A program made the translations under genes and the position numbers. A stretch of 64,000 bases of DNA, taken from assembly GCF_009914755.1 (NCBI RefSeq), contig NC_060931.1; one strand, given 5' to 3'. Source of the stretch: the human T2T-CHM13v2.0 reference genome, Homo sapiens. The first letter of the stretch is position 1. Each line of letters starts with the position of its first letter. Below the pieces are notes generated by a model, which saw only the letters and a program-made list of their open reading frames with translations, had not been told where the DNA came from and searched no databases. Shown here in pieces: positions 1 to 25,698 of the stretch.

Positions 1-210
1 CAGACAAGAGAAGAGAACTTGTGCAGGGAAACCCCCCTTCGTAAAACCATCAGATCTTGTGAGATTTATTCACTATCTCAAGAACAGCACAGGAAAGGCC
101 CTCCTCCATGATTCAATTACCTCCTACCTGGTCCCTCCCACAACACATGGGAATTGTGGGAACTACAATTCAAGATGAGATTTGGGTGGAAACACAGCCA
201 AACCATATCA
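1..210 (-). mobile_element. THE1-type MaLR LTR (partial, runs off window edge)
   Basis: Ends gagatttgggtggaaacacagccaaaccatatca, the reverse complement of the THE1 5' end; also contains aaaccatcagatcttgtgaga and catgattcaattacctcc. Confidence 0.85.
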
Positions 211-2254
211 AGCAGTTTCTTAATAAAGGCTTTTTCCTAAAGGTTCTGACCATTTGCTTTTTAAATAAAGAATGGTATAGTGTTACGTGGAGGAATAGTC
301 ATACAAACCACCTCCAATGTTGATGCTAATAAATAGCTTGTGGGGTACTCTTTTTTCAGCTCATATATAAGATTTCCTTCTTATTTCAACTCTTGAATGT
401 GTAGAACTATGAGACCTTTGTATGATTAGAACTTTTTTCAGTGACTCTGCAGTATTTGTAACAAAAGCTGGAACAACTTTCAGCAGAACCTGGTTTGAGA
501 CAGTGGCTGGGGGCCAGCCGAATGATACAAGTTTTTTCTTTGTGACATTTTGAGTTTGAGATGACTGGATTTCCCGTATAGATGAGTCTCTGGAGAAGTT
601 ACAAGGGAAACCGATGGGAAGTCAGTTCTTCATCTGCAACCTCTTGCCTGTAACTGTTAGGAACTAGTTCATGTAATGGGAGGAGAATGTACTTCACTGT
701 GCCAGTTTTATTTTTTTGGTTATTATTTTCTGAGAAGGGATGGAAGCTTGTAAATAAAATCAAAGAAATCAAAGGCAGAGTACACTGACTTTAGAGGTCT
801 GCATAAAAAGCTTTCGGCTCCCCTCGTTTGCCTAAGGCCTCTTGTGCTGTACTTGAGTAGAGAAATAATTAACAGATAGTAGGCTTTTCAGTGCACTCAT
901 TGTTTAGACTGAATGCCAAGAGAAGTTGAAGTACCTTAAGAATTTAGAATATAGGCCGGGTGCGGTGGCTCATGCCTGTAATCCTAGCACTTTGGGAGGC
1001 TGAGGCGGGCGGATCACCTGAGGTCAGGAGTTTGAGACCAGCCAGGCCAACGTAGCGAAACCCCATTTCTACTAAAATTGCAAAAATTAGCTGGGCCGTG
1101 GTGGGGCATGCCTGTAATCCCAGCTACTCAGGAGGCTGAGACAGGAGAATCTCTTGAACCTGGGAGGCAGAGGTTTCAGTGAGCCGAGATTGTGCCACTG
1201 CACTCTAGCCTGGGCAACAGAGTGAGACTCCATCTCAAAAAAAAAAAAATTGGAATATACACTGTTTTCTGTAAGTTTTAGATAAGTTAAACAAAGGGAG
1301 TTAACTTAGGGATATTGCACACAAATAAGGGGTAAAACAAAATCAAACAAACAAAAAAAACAATGCTCTGGCCAGGTGAGGTGGCTCACACATGTATTCC
1401 CAGCATTTTAAGAGGCTGAAATGGGAGAATTGCTTGAGTCCTGGAATTCAAGACCATCCTGGGCTGCATAGCAAGACTGTCTCTCTACAAAACGTTAAAA
1501 CATTAGCTGGATATGGTGGCATGCACTGTAGTCCCAGCTCTTCCAGAGACTGAGGAGGGAGGATCCTTGAGCCGAAGAAGTTGAGGCTTCAGTGAGCTAT
1601 GATTGCACCACTGCACTCCAGTCTGGGTGACAGAGGAAGACCCTGTCTCTAAAACAAAACAAAACAAAAAGCCTCTCTTTGCAGTTTCCTTGAGAAATAT
1701 TTGAAAGACATGACTGTTAGTTCTGTCATTTTCCAGTTTGAAAGCTACCAGTCACATGGGATCATGTAATGGCCACGGTCTCTTTAACACCCTCCAATTT
1801 GAATCTTGGCCCTCTACTTCCTTAGGATATGGCCTAAGCACATCTATCACTTAGCTTTTTTTGGACTTTTGCTCTCATTCAAAAGATAGGAATGTGACTA
1901 CAACATGTTTATTATGTGGATTACACAAGATACAGAACCAAACATAGCACCTAGTACCCAGTAGGACACTTCACAAGGATTTGTCACTACTGTTTGCCTG
2001 CCAGTCCTCTCCTTTCCTCTGCCCTACATTTTTTGGCTGAGGTTGTTGATGTGCTTTTTCCTTTCTTGGATACAGTCACCACTATTTTAAACCTTATTTT
2101 TAGTTTTGTCAAAATTCTACATGGACAGTTAAAAAGTCCAAGTTTATTAAAAAACAAAACAAAACAAAAAAGCAGCAGTTCCTTGTACCCTCCTCAAACA
2201 CAAACACACCTCCATTTCCCCCTCTCAAGCAACAACCACTTTCAGATTTTCTAG

Positions 2255-2677
<423 letters not shown>

Positions 2678-3741
2678 TGAGCTTGCTTCTACCTTCTCCT
2701 GGAACATCCTTTCCCATTCCCCCACCCTCCTAACATACACATACCAGATTTTTATTTAGATGATTTTTTTTTGCATTATTATAACCACGTGAACACTGTT
2801 CATGGCCAAGCCATGCCATCTCCTGCAATTGCTATTTGTTTCCAGTGCCACCTTTGGTTAATTTTTATTATTTTCTTCATCTAGATTTCTGTGTTATTTC
2901 GCTAACAACTCTCAAACTCTCTGCCATCTCAAATATATTGCCTCGCAGACTTTCAGATGCATTGGATTTGCTATCAGGTTCATCTTTTTGAAGAAGTCTC
3001 TGCAGGACACTTACTTACCCACCTACCTTGGACAGTTCACTCTCTACCACCTAGTTCACAGCTGTTATCCTGGGATCACCAGCTCTGTCTTGAGTGAAAT
3101 GTCTCTGGGATCCTGTGTTTCCTAAAGTTACTCCTTCATTCACAGGAAACACAACTTCTAGGAGATTCCTAAGAAACTGGCATGTAAAAAGTACAACTTT
3201 TTGAGACCTTTAATGTCCAAACGTGTTTTCATTCTCCCTACGCATTTGATTTGGATATAGAATTCTTGGCTGGAAACTATTCCCCCTTTGAGGTTGGACC
3301 TGCTGTCTTTCAGCTTTCCTTGCAGTAATTGAGAACTCAAAAGGCATTCAGATTCCTAATCCTCTGTGTATGACCATGTTTTTCTCATTCGATTTTCTCT
3401 TTGTCTCCATTGTTTTGAAATTTCGCTATAATGTGCCTCAGACGGTGTGTCTGGTTTTATCCATTGTAGACACCTTTAATGTGGAAACTCATGTCCTTCA
3501 CTTCTTAACATTTCCAGAATTATTTCAATGAATATATCCTCTCTTCTATTTTTTTTTTCTCCTTTCTGTCTAGAACTACTAAAAAGAAAAGTTTTAAATT
3601 GGGTCTTATGGACTAGTTCTTTAATATTAAAAAAAAAATCTTTTTTGTCAGGTGCAGTAGCTCACGCCTGTTATCCCAGCACTTTGGGAGGCCTAGGCAG
3701 GTGAATCACCTGAGGTCAGGAGTTCAAGACCAGCCTGGCTA

Positions 3742-3969
<228 letters not shown>

Positions 3970-5582
3970 TTAGAAGTTTTTCTGAGGTGGCTGATGGTCA
4001 TTGGTTATATGCTTGTATTTGAGAATGGGAGACTAAAGACCAGCCTGGCCAACATGGTGCAACCCCATCTCTTCAAAAAATACAAAAATTAGCTGGGTAT
4101 GGTGGTGCACACCTGTAATCCCAGCTACTCGGGAGGCTGAGGCAGGAGAATCACTTGAACCCGAGAGGTGGAGGTTGCAATGAAGCCGAGATTGCGCCAC
4201 TGCACTCCAGCCTGGGCAACAGAGCATGACTCCGTCTCAAAAATAAATAAATAAAAATAATAATAAAAAATAAAGAGCACCCTAATGGTTTGGGGTTGAC
4301 TCTATCTTGGAGTGATCTGCTGGATCATTTCCTTAGGGAATCCCAACCTCAGTATCTTGTCATCTGTCTTCTTGGGCTGGTCAGTAGGGTCTTCTCATTT
4401 TCTGCAGCTTGCAATGGTCCCTGGTGGTCCAGAAACAGGAAAGGAAATAGTTTTATTATGGCAGCCCTGCTCTCAGCTATACCTGCTGTCCCACAGACCA
4501 CAGATCCTTTCTGAATTGTCTTCTGAGAAGAAACCTCTAAGCATCTGTCGGGGCATGGAGTGGGCAGGTGCTCAGCTGTGAATATATGCAGGGGGCTCAG
4601 GAACTTGAGATTCTAATCGTGTCTTAAACAGAATATAAACCTGCCTTTGGGTTTTTGGTGGGGAGTGGGTTTGGTACCTCCTCAATCCATGCTTCCTGTC
4701 GGGGGAACTAGTGCAGCCAGTTTCTGAGCCTTTGAGGAATTCTAAAGCATAATTTGGGCTGAATCTTGGATTTCTCTATTTGCTGGCTTAGGATTCAGCT
4801 CTCTTGGGTCTGCTAAACCAGTTTGCTCACCCATCATCTGTTCAGCTTCTGAAAGTCCAATACTGTTTTCTCCTCTCCTGGTAGCTTTATTTTTATGTTA
4901 TATATCTTTTTTAAATGTTCTTACTGTCATTTTAGTGGGGTTTCAAGAGGAAGTAATAGTAAATGCATGTGTTTAATCTACCATCTTTAATAGAATCTTT
5001 TTAAACATTTACACTAACAGAGAACCTATGCCATTATTATTGTTTAGCGAAATTCTCCCTGTGTGAAAGAGGAGAACATAAGGAGAACAAGGCCCTTTGT
5101 ACAGCAGTTTGATTCTTGCAGAGAGTGGGAGCCTGCATTGCCTCATCTAGCCAGCAAGGCCACAGACCCTTAGCAGCCTGGCTTTTTTAAGTCAGGCTGT
5201 ATCTTATTGCACTTGTGTGTTTTTAAGATCATTTATGACCTTTTGAGTTTATTTGTAATTCTGCATAGATTCCGTTCTTCCCTTACTGTTGGATTCGAGG
5301 GATTCTTTTAGCAGGGTGACCTCGTGTCTCAGGATACTTAACTTCAGATTTTACGATTTGGGGTCTCATGCCTCTGTTTATGCAGCTGTCTCTCAGCGCT
5401 GTTTGTGTGTCAGTCATACCAAATTTTGCTCTTTCAGCTTCTGCCTTTTACATGGAACACTTTGATTTTTTCTGAGCTGTGATTATTCAGTATGATTCGT
5501 CTCAGATTGCCCTGAGAGGCGGCACATGTGGTTCAGTTTTGTCTTTTGGGTCTAGTGGTTCTGTTCATTTCAGAATAACTTA

Positions 5583-6305
<723 letters not shown>

Positions 6306-7401
6306 CCTACTTTGTCCTGCATTTACTTGGTCTTCCAGTTAGTTTTTTAGACTTTGGGAATCAGAGCAGTCAGTTGTCAGATTTTAGCTTACAGTTGTCC
6401 TACCTGTGCAACTGAAATTTCTTCCATTTTAAACCAGAGCAGAGTTTTAGAGTCAAAAGAAACCAGATCTTTTAGTGCAGAAGCTTTCACACTGTATTAG
6501 AAGTGAGGAAGTTGGTTTTGTGAGTTGCAGCCAGCAGTTCTCTTATGAAGTGCATTGCCTGCAGTTTTGTGAAAGTTGTATTCCCAGCTTGTGTGTGTAT
6601 ATTTGCGTGTACTAGATTGAGATATAAAGTATATTTTTGACTGTAGGTATGGTAAAAAAAAAAAAAAATTTAAGTCCATTGTATTGCTCAAACTAATCCT
6701 TTACTCTCTCTTAGAACACCCATGGTAAATGATCATGTTAGAGTTTGAGGGTGAAGGAGCATCAGGATTATGAACCAGAGGGGTCAGACTTCAGATCTAG
6801 AAATCAAAACACCAAAGGGACACAAATAGGGAAGAAGAGAGTATGGTCATCTCTTGTCTTTCAGCAAGCAACACTGGGATCCCCAAAGAGACTCCTCTAC
6901 AGGGCCAAGCTTGTGTGATTTATCACACCTGTCCCTGTACTCCCCAAGTGCCTTGTACATAACCTCACCTGCTATACATGCTATGTTGTATTATAATTAT
7001 TTTCTAAATGTATGTAACTGGGCCAAGTCCATAGTTGTCCCAATTGGCCCATGTTGATGGATGGATCATGATTTTTGGCCTCATTTGACTGTCATGCATG
7101 TTGAATTACATGTTAATGTCATGTCAGTCACCCCAGGCTCAGTCAAGGGTGAGTGTCATGCCTCTGTCATGAATACACAGTGAAGCAGTCCCTTTTATTC
7201 CATGGAGCCAGTAGCAGCAAAATCCCATCATGTCTCAAGATGTCAGTAGAACGGGTGGAATTTTGATTCTTTGTATGGTCTTCTAGATTTGTTAAGAGGT
7301 GAGGAAGGGCTGGGTGCAGTGGCTCACGCCTGTTATCCCAGCACTTTGGGAGGCCGAGATGGGCGGATCACAAGGTCAGGAGATCGAGACCATCCTGGCT
7401 A

Positions 7402-7668
<267 letters not shown>

Positions 7669-8571
7669 TTAAGTTCCTATATTCACAGAGCCAGCAGGCT
7701 TGGTGGGGTGGAATGCAGGAGGAAACTGCAGGGACCATTATAGTGTCTGCGGAAGTTCAAGACAGTGAGGTCCTGTGGCCAGGAAACTGACAGAAATTGT
7801 CTAACATGGGAACTCTCTCACTGCAACCGAACTAACAGGATTTAGGAAGACTTCCCAGAGCAAAGGATGAAGGACATGTGAGTTAGACAGAGGGAACAGC
7901 TTGGGCGTCACGTGAGAGGACCACAGCTCACCAAGAGATGCAGATTTGATACTCAGACTTTACATTCAGGATCATAGGAATCAATTCTGCTGTCGGCACA
8001 GTCTCAGGCCGTCTGTGGGAAGTTGAGAGAAGCCACAGCTGGAATCAGAAGGTCAATTGGCTGGAAGACAGTGGCTGTGGCCCAGAGGAAGGGCCTGCGT
8101 GACCAAGTCACGCCACTGGCAGCAGAAGTGCTGCCCAGGGAGAATCGATGGAGGTGGTGTGAGCGGCCAGGGAAAAGGAGGTCACCTTTGACTCTGCAGT
8201 TTCGAGGCTCAGTGCCTGGGAATGACAGTGATTGCCTCCACAACAGTAGACAACACTTCAGGGACAGTCTGTCTTGGGAGAGAAAATGATGGTGAGATAT
8301 AAATTTTACATCTTGGGTTGTAGAGTTCACAGGGCCCTTGAGGCACCATTTCCATGAATGGTCTTATTACAAGAAAATTTCTTCTAATTCATAGAGTAAT
8401 TAAACTTTTCCACATATTCAGCATTTTCCCCCTAGAAAGCTCTTAGCTAGTGGGTAAAAAATCAGATGTCATTTAAATTCAGCATATTTTAATATTCTAA
8501 ATTCAGGAACCTATGTATTTTCTTTCTTTTTTTTGTGGCTAGAACAGGAAATTGTTCCTTAGTTCATTTAG

Positions 8572-8899
<328 letters not shown>

Positions 8900-8916
8900 T
8901 AAAAGACAGTGGCATG

Positions 8917-9216
<300 letters not shown>

Positions 9217-10005
9217 GACAGTGGCATGACAAGTACTTGTCTGTTTATGAGTCAGGTATCAGCATATTAGTTAATACATTTACAGAAATGAATGCCAAAC
9301 AATAGCTTTGAATTAAAAGCCTTCACAGTTCAATTAGTATTTCCTTCTGAGCCTCTTCAACTTTCTTTCTGTTTTCTTCATTCCAGGTCATTATTCCACC
9401 GTGACTTTTGAGAAGCAATTTTCTTAAGAGAGTACAAATTGGATTATCCCCTCTTACTGAATTGAAATTTTTCAGGCTTTCCACTAATGAGATATTGTAT
9501 CCACGTTAGGCCAGAAAAGCTAGTTTGAGTCATTTAGTTAGCATGTTTGAATTAGAAGTTATTGATGAAACCTTCACTAATAACTCAAGCCAAGTTGAGT
9601 CTAAAAAGGATTCCACGAGGTGCTGTTAACACAGCCTTGAAAATTTGTAACCGATCAAAAGCAGCAACAGCAGGAATTAGAATGAGTTTGAATTAGTCAC
9701 ATGGTAACATGGAAACATTTAACCCTGTGTCAGCGGGACTGCTTGAGATAAACTTGACTTGTCTTCCGGGCCCAGCAAAACTGCAGGCCCAAGGGAAAGG
9801 AAGCTCTCCTGTGATTGTAGCGCATCTTGGTTTGATAGGAAGTCATGTCTGGAACATGGAAGAGGTTTTTTTGTGTTTGTTTTTGTTTTTGTTTTCTTGA
9901 CGTGATAGGGAGAAAAGATCAGACTTGTTCATGATTTTAAAAACATTCATTTTTTTTTTCTAGGGATGTTTTTACTTCTGACTTGACACATTTTTTTCTT
10001 TCCAG

Positions 10006-10227
10006 TTTAAAATTGGTGGTGAATGGTGGACATGGATCGATTATAACCGCTTCCAGGAGCTCATCCAGGAATATGAAGATAGTGGTGGATCAAAAACGTT
10101 CAGCGCAAAGGATTATATGGCCAGAACTCCTCACTGGGCATTATTTGGTGCCAGTGAAAGAGGCTTTGATCCCAAGGACACAAGACATCAGAGAAAGAAC
10201 AAATCAAAGGCTATTTCTGGATGTTGA
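10006..10227 (+). CDS. TYW1: Terminal coding exon of tRNA wybutosine-synthesizing protein 1 (radical SAM, 4-demethylwyosine synthase)
   Basis: Polypyrimidine tract plus ccag acceptor at 10001-10005, then in phase 0 FKIGGEWWTWIDYNRFQELIQEYEDSGGSKTFSAKDYMARTPHWALFGASERGFDPKDTRHQRKNKSKAISGC*. I recognise this as the TYW1 C-terminus. It is absent from the ORF track, which lists a different frame. The paralog TYW1B is near-identical; TYW1 is preferred on recalled gene order (downstream SPDYE gene). Confidence 0.92.
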   Translation, partial: FKIGGEWWTWIDYNRFQELIQEYEDSGGSKTFSAKDYMARTPHWALFGASERGFDPKDTRHQRKNKSKAISGC

Positions 10228-11215
10228 GATTATCTGATTTCAAGGTACTGAAGGACAAAAACTTGGATGGCCTCAAAAGGTTCTTGAACACCACTGTGAT
10301 TCTCCAAGGACGAATTACGTAAATTATACTTTCATACAAAGGAGACGATAAGGCAGTAAACATGGAGACACGGGGGACAGCGTCCACACTCAGAGGGCCT
10401 GGGCCACAGCCCCGATGTTTCTTTTCAGAACTCAGCCCCTTTCCTGATTTTACTTCTAAGAGGAAAATTATTTTGGGGAGGAACTACACAGTCGTGATTA
10501 GAATTTATCTGATGGTTTTGTATTATAACTTGTAAGACCTGCCAGAATGCTAGTCCCGAGAGTGTCAGACAAGGAAGAAGTCCCTGGGCCTCTTCCCCTT
10601 ACCCGGCCCTTAGATTTCATGGAGCAGCCACTTAGCATTGAATTGCACTACCCTGAGCTAAACGTGTCTGTGCTTTCTAAGATAAGAGCTTGATCCCTTT
10701 CTTCTATCTTAAGACAGCACCTCCTGAAAAGAATCGAAGTTGTCACAACTCTCAATTATTTTTTAAATACTGCATAGATTGAGTTTTGGTTTATTACCAA
10801 CCCTTCCCAGAATTGCGTTGGATCTAAAACTACTAGATCTCATCCCATTCCCATGTAAATTACCACAGACCGCAGTACCGGGGCTGGAGCGGAGTGAAGC
10901 TGTCTGCTGTAAGAGGAGTGGCCATGTGAGGGCATGGAGTCATTAGTCTCACAAACACACTTTGGACTGAAGAGGATCATTTCTTTTTGTTCGTGAGGTC
11001 ACTGTCCAGGCCTCTCATATCATGACCAGACGGCGGGTCTCCATCTTCTTTCACTCCTGTGGCCCTGGCTGCTTTACACAATCTGTTCTATAAGGTTCAG
11101 GTGTTTTCAAGTTGGAAAGATCATAAATACTCAAAATTGTTTTCAAGTTAGCAAGTTCTTTTAACAGTCTTTTATGCAAAAATTGAATTAATAAAATAAT
11201 CTTTTGTAAAGACTT
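10228..11215 (+). other. TYW1: TYW1 3' UTR (about 1 kb)
   Basis: Repeat-free sequence between the stop codon and the AATAAA; the cleavage site is approximate. Confidence 0.8.
11190..11195 (+). terminator. Polyadenylation signal of TYW1
   Basis: AATAAA in gaattaataaaataatcttttgt, with T-rich sequence downstream. Confidence 0.8.
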
Positions 11216-11224
11216 GCAGCATGA

Positions 11225-11405
11225 GTTTTTTAAAATTTTCTAATTATTGTGGCTACATATTAGGTGTATATATGGGGTACATGGGATGTTTTCATACAAG
11301 CATGCATGCGTAATAATCACATCATGGAGAATGGGGTCTCCATCCCCACGAGCATTTATCCTTTGTGCTAAAACCAATCCAATTATACTCTTTTAGTTAT
11401 TTTTT
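11225..11405 (-). mobile_element. L1MA/L1PB 3'-end fragment
   Basis: ggtgtatatatggggtacatg...aataatcacatcatggagaatgggg...caatccaattatactctttt is typical of an antisense L1MA 3' end. Confidence 0.75.
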
Positions 11406-11430
11406 ATTTTTATTTATTTATTTATTTTGA

Positions 11431-11725
<295 letters not shown>

Positions 11726-12114
11726 TAAACCCTGTTAGACCCACCTTTTGTAACTCTATCCTCTATTCTATGCTGAATTAAAATTCATAGATATATAATC
11801 TACCTACCCAGTTGAAAACTGGACACTTTTCTTTTTTTTTTTTTTTTTTTTTTTTGGCAACAGGGTCTTGCTCTGTTGCTGAAGCCGGAGTGCAGTAGCA
11901 CAATCACGGCTCACTGCAGCCTCAAATCTCCTGGGCCCAAGCAGTCCTCCCACCTCAGCCTCCTGCGTAGCTGGGACTGCAGGCGTACACCACCAAGCTC
12001 AGCTAAATTTTTTTGATGTTTTTTGTAGACACAGGGTCTCACTATGTTGCCCAGGCTGGTCTTGAACTCCTGAACTTGAGAGATCCTCCTGCCTCAACCT
12101 CCCATAGTAGCTAG

Positions 12115-12411
<297 letters not shown>

Positions 12412-12525
12412 TGATCCGCCTGCCTCGGCCTCCCAAAGTGCTGGGATTACAGCCGGGAGCCACTGCACCCACCCCCACCATACTTATTTCTAAATGGTAG
12501 AATCAATCAAAATACTTTTCTGTAT

Positions 12526-14043
<1,518 letters not shown>

Positions 14044-14434
14044 GATGGGATAGTGACAAAGTAGCACAGAAGTGTTATCTTTCTTGAAGTCACTGGGTCT
14101 TTTTTTTGAGATGGAGTTTCACTCTGTTGCCCAGGCTGGAGTGCAGTGGTGAGATCTTGGCTCACTGCAACCTCTGCCTTCAGGTTCAAGTGATTCTCCT
14201 GCCTCAGCCTCCTGAGTAGCTAGGACTATAGGCATGCGCCACGAACGCCTGGCTAATTTTTGTATTTTTAGTAGAGATGGGGTTTCACCATGTTGGCCAG
14301 GCTGGCCTCGAACTCCTGACCTCAAGTGATCCGCCTCGACCTCCCAGAGTGCTGGGATTACAGGTGTGAGCCACTGCGATTGGCCCAAGTCACCAGGTCT
14401 TTAAGAACGTTTTTTGTTTTTAAATTTTCTTTAA

Positions 14435-14797
<363 letters not shown>

Positions 14798-15091
14798 TGA
14801 AGCAGGGTCTTACTGAGACACAGATGTGTTAGTGGTCACTGAAGAGAGATGGAAAAAGTCTTTCAAGTAGGATGAAGTGTTAGAAAGTAAGAGCTTATGC
14901 TAAGGAGCCCACAGATGGGCTCTTATACAGGAGAGTTAACAAAGCATCCAGTTGTTGGAAAGCAACTCGGAGGCTGCCCTAAGGAGTGAGGAAGGAGGCA
15001 GAGCATGCAGGACTTTGTGCTACTCCTCAACCTCTTTTCAACCACACAGGTCTGCTTTTCTTTTTTATGAATTGAAGTCCTGCTTAATATA

Positions 15092-15125
<34 letters not shown>

Positions 15126-15132
15126 TTTTTGA

Positions 15133-15237
<105 letters not shown>

Positions 15238-15294
15238 TAGCTGAGATTTCAGGCACAAATCACCATGCCTGGTGAATTTTTGTATTTTTGGTAG

Positions 15295-15761
<467 letters not shown>

Positions 15762-15869
15762 TGATTCTCATTGATAGATGAGTGTTTTTCTTTCATCCCA
15801 GAAAATATTGATGTATTGATTCATATTTAAAATAACAGCACTTTAAGCCCAGTTCACAGTCACAACAGA

Positions 15870-19520
<3,651 letters not shown>

Positions 19521-20122
19521 AACACTGTGATGTTGGCACGAGTCTGAATATACTGAAAGTCCCCAAATTGTTGTGTACACTTTTTTTTTTTTTTTTTTTT
19601 GAGATGGAGTCTGGCTCTGTCACCCAGGCTGGAGTGCAGTGGTGAGATCTGGCTCACTACAACCTCCACCTCCCGGGTTCAAACGATTCTCATGACTCAG
19701 CCTCCTGAGTAGCTGGGACTATAGGCGTGTGCCACCACACCTGGCTAGTTTTTGTATTTTTGGTAGAGACAGGGTTTCACCATGTTGGCCAGACTGGTCT
19801 TGAACTCCTGAACTCAAGTGATCCACCCTCAGCCTCCCAAAGTGCTGGGATTCACAGGCATGAGCCACCATGCCTGGCTCCCCTTACTGTTGTATACTTT
19901 AAATGGGTGAATCTTATGGTATGCGAATTTTATCTCATAAAGCTGTTAAAAAAGAATGAAAGCACAGAGGCAAATCTGAATGTTTATAAAACTTAAGATA
20001 AAGGAAGCATCCTAAATCGGTGGGGGTTTGGGAGAAAAACATTTAGTGCTATTATATACCAAAAGGAATCAGGAGAAACAAAATGCTCAGAAGAAAGCTT
20101 ACGTAAGGAAGCTGTTTCTTGA

Positions 20123-21300
<1,178 letters not shown>

Positions 21301-21625
21301 TTGGTCTAAAGCCAGTGTAAGAACTCATAAAGGAAAGGTCGAAAAATCCTTGACTGTAGAATATGTTTAAGCGTCTGATATATCAAACATCACATAAACT
21401 CAAAAGGCAAAGATTGGGAGAAATAATTTGTATGAAGTGTGATAGACAAATCCTCAAAAACCTCATATAGTTGAATTTTAAAAATGTTAAGACTTGGCTG
21501 GCTGAATGAACAAAGGACATGGGACATAAAGTGTTATCAGTGAGGACATACAGATGGCTGCAAAATATGAACTGTTCACTTTCTCCAGGGAAATGCAAAT
21601 TAAAAGAATATTTTATTCATCAAAT

Positions 21626-22946
<1,321 letters not shown>

Positions 22947-23365
22947 AAATTAGCAAAAGTTTTAAAAAGTATTATATTACAATAAAATATAGACTTCTTT
23001 TTTGAGACATGGTCTCACTCTGTTGCCCAGGCTCCAGTACAGTGGCATGAGCATGGCTCACTGCAACCCTGACCTCCCAGGCTCAAGCTATGCTCCCACC
23101 TCAGCCTCTCAAGTAGCTGGGATTACAGGTGCACACCACCACACCTGGCTAATTTTTGTATTTTTTTTTGTAAAAACAGGGTTTCACTTTGTTGCTCAGG
23201 CTGGTCTCAAACTACTGGGCTCAAGCAATTCACCCACCTTGGCCTTCCAAATTGCTGGGATTACAGGTATGAGCCACTGCACTTGGCCAAATACAGATAT
23301 TTCAAAAGCAGTTTGGCAATACATACCGAGAACTTTTATCTTTACCTTTGGGTTAAATGATTTAA

Positions 23366-23539
<174 letters not shown>

Positions 23540-23748
23540 TGAGTAGCTGGAACTACAGGTGCACGCTACCACATCCAGCTAATTTTTGTATTTTTAGTAG
23601 AGATGAGGTTTCATCATGTAGGCCAGAATGGTCTTGATTTCTTGACCTCATGATCCGCCTGCCTCAGCCTTCCACAGTGCTGGGATTACAGGTATGAGCC
23701 ACCATGCCTGGCCAAAAAAAAAAAAAAATATTTAAAGAAAGATATTTA

Positions 23749-24248
23749 TGTTAGAAGTAAATGCTTGGTGCCACAAAGTGAAACCAGTACTCACTCAGGC
23801 AAAAGTTTTTTCTCAGCAAGGCAGTTTACTTCTGCAGAAGGGTGCTGCCTGCATCAATCACGATTGCAGGAGCACAGGGAACAAAGGAAAACAGGGGTTT
23901 TTGTTCTTAATGCAATCCCTAACTCTGTGTTACTCCCCCATGAGCTGGGGTTGGACTGCACAATCTAAACTGACCCAATTGGCTATTTGTGAATAGTTTT
24001 CCCAAATAAGGAAGGGGGAAGGGGGATGTGAGTTACAATGGTGGGATGTGTGGGAGGTGTGGTTTCAAAGGGTGGAATGGGTGCAGAGTGAGTAACCAAG
24101 GGAACAGATGTGAGTTCTTGATTAGAGCTGACAGAAAAGTTGTTTACAGTAACTAGGGGCAAGGAGGCATGGAGAACAAGAAAGTTAGGTTTGAGAACAA
24201 GGAAGTTAACAGGCTGAACTTTTGAAGAGAAATTCATTGTATCTTACA
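23749..24248 (-). mobile_element. ERV1 solo LTR (LTR10-like)
   Basis: TG...CA ends, about 500 bp; the minus-strand start tgtaagatacaatgaatttctcttcaaaa resembles the LTR10 family. Confidence 0.55.
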
Positions 24249-24647
24249 ATTATTAAAGCATTTAATAATAGCAAAACCCAGGAAACTTTAACGTAAAATG
24301 CAGTAGTCCACTGGGCACGGTGGCTCATGCCTGTAATCCCAGCACTTTGGGAGGTCAAGGCGGGTGGATCACCTGAGGTCAGTAGTTCGAGATCAGCCTG
24401 GCCAAGATGGTGAAACCCTGTCTGTATTAAAAATACGAAAGTAACCAGATATGGTGGCACATGTCTGTAATCCCAGCTACTTGGGAGGCCAAGGCAGGAG
24501 AATCACTTTATCCTGGGACATGGAGGTTGCAGTGAGCCAAGATCACACCAGTGCACTCCAGCCTGGGCAACAAGAGCAAAACTCCATCTCAAATAAATAA
24601 ATAAATAAATAAATAAAATAAAATACAGGAGGCATTTAATATTTCTT

Positions 24648-24954
<307 letters not shown>

Positions 24955-25336
24955 GGCATTTAATATTTCTTGAAAGCATGGCAAAATCATTACAGTACAC
25001 TCTATTGTCTAGATAATTCAAGTCATTCAACAGATGTTTACTGAATACCAATTTTGTTCTAGTTACAGGGGATTTATTGATAAGTAAAAGGAGGATAGGA
25101 AAAAGAAAGGATATTTCTTATCATTATGATGTGCCACATTCATCAAAGACAAAGATCCACAGAAATAAATATTATACATCAAATACAAGTGATGGTAAGA
25201 GCCACAGAAGAGAGAGACAGTCTCTGGGTGATTGTCATTGGAGAGATGGAGTCAGAGATGTGGGAGGAGGCGTGCACTGATTGTGCTGGTGCCTAAGAGA
25301 AGAATTCTTCCAATTCCTGGGGTAGGGGGCGGGGGC

Positions 25337-25698
25337 TGATAGGGTTTGGCTGTGTCCCCACCCAAATCTCATCTTGAATGATAGCTCCCATAATTCCCAC
25401 GTTTAGGGAGGGACCTGGTGGGAGGTAATTGAATCATGGGGGCTCTTTCTCCCATACTGTCTTCATGGTAGTGAATAAGTCTCACGAGATCTGATGGTTT
25501 TAAAAGGGATTTCCCCTTTTGCTTGGCTCTCACTCTCTCTCTTGTCTGCCGCCATGTAAGACATGGCTTTTGCCTTCCACCACGATTGTGAGGCCTCTCC
25601 AGCCACATGGAACTGTGAGTCCATTAAACCTCTTTTTCTTTATAAATTACCCAGTCTCGGGCATGTCTTTATCAGCAGCGTGAAAATGGACAAATACT
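25337..25698 (+). mobile_element. THE1 solo LTR
   Basis: tgatagggtttggctgtgtccccacccaaatctcatcttgaa...cagcagcgtgaaaatggacaaatac, about 360 bp. Confidence 0.9.

Noticed and set aside
9983-10237. 84-aa ORF over the TYW1 exon
   Set aside because: Wrong frame; the real frame starts at the 10006 acceptor.
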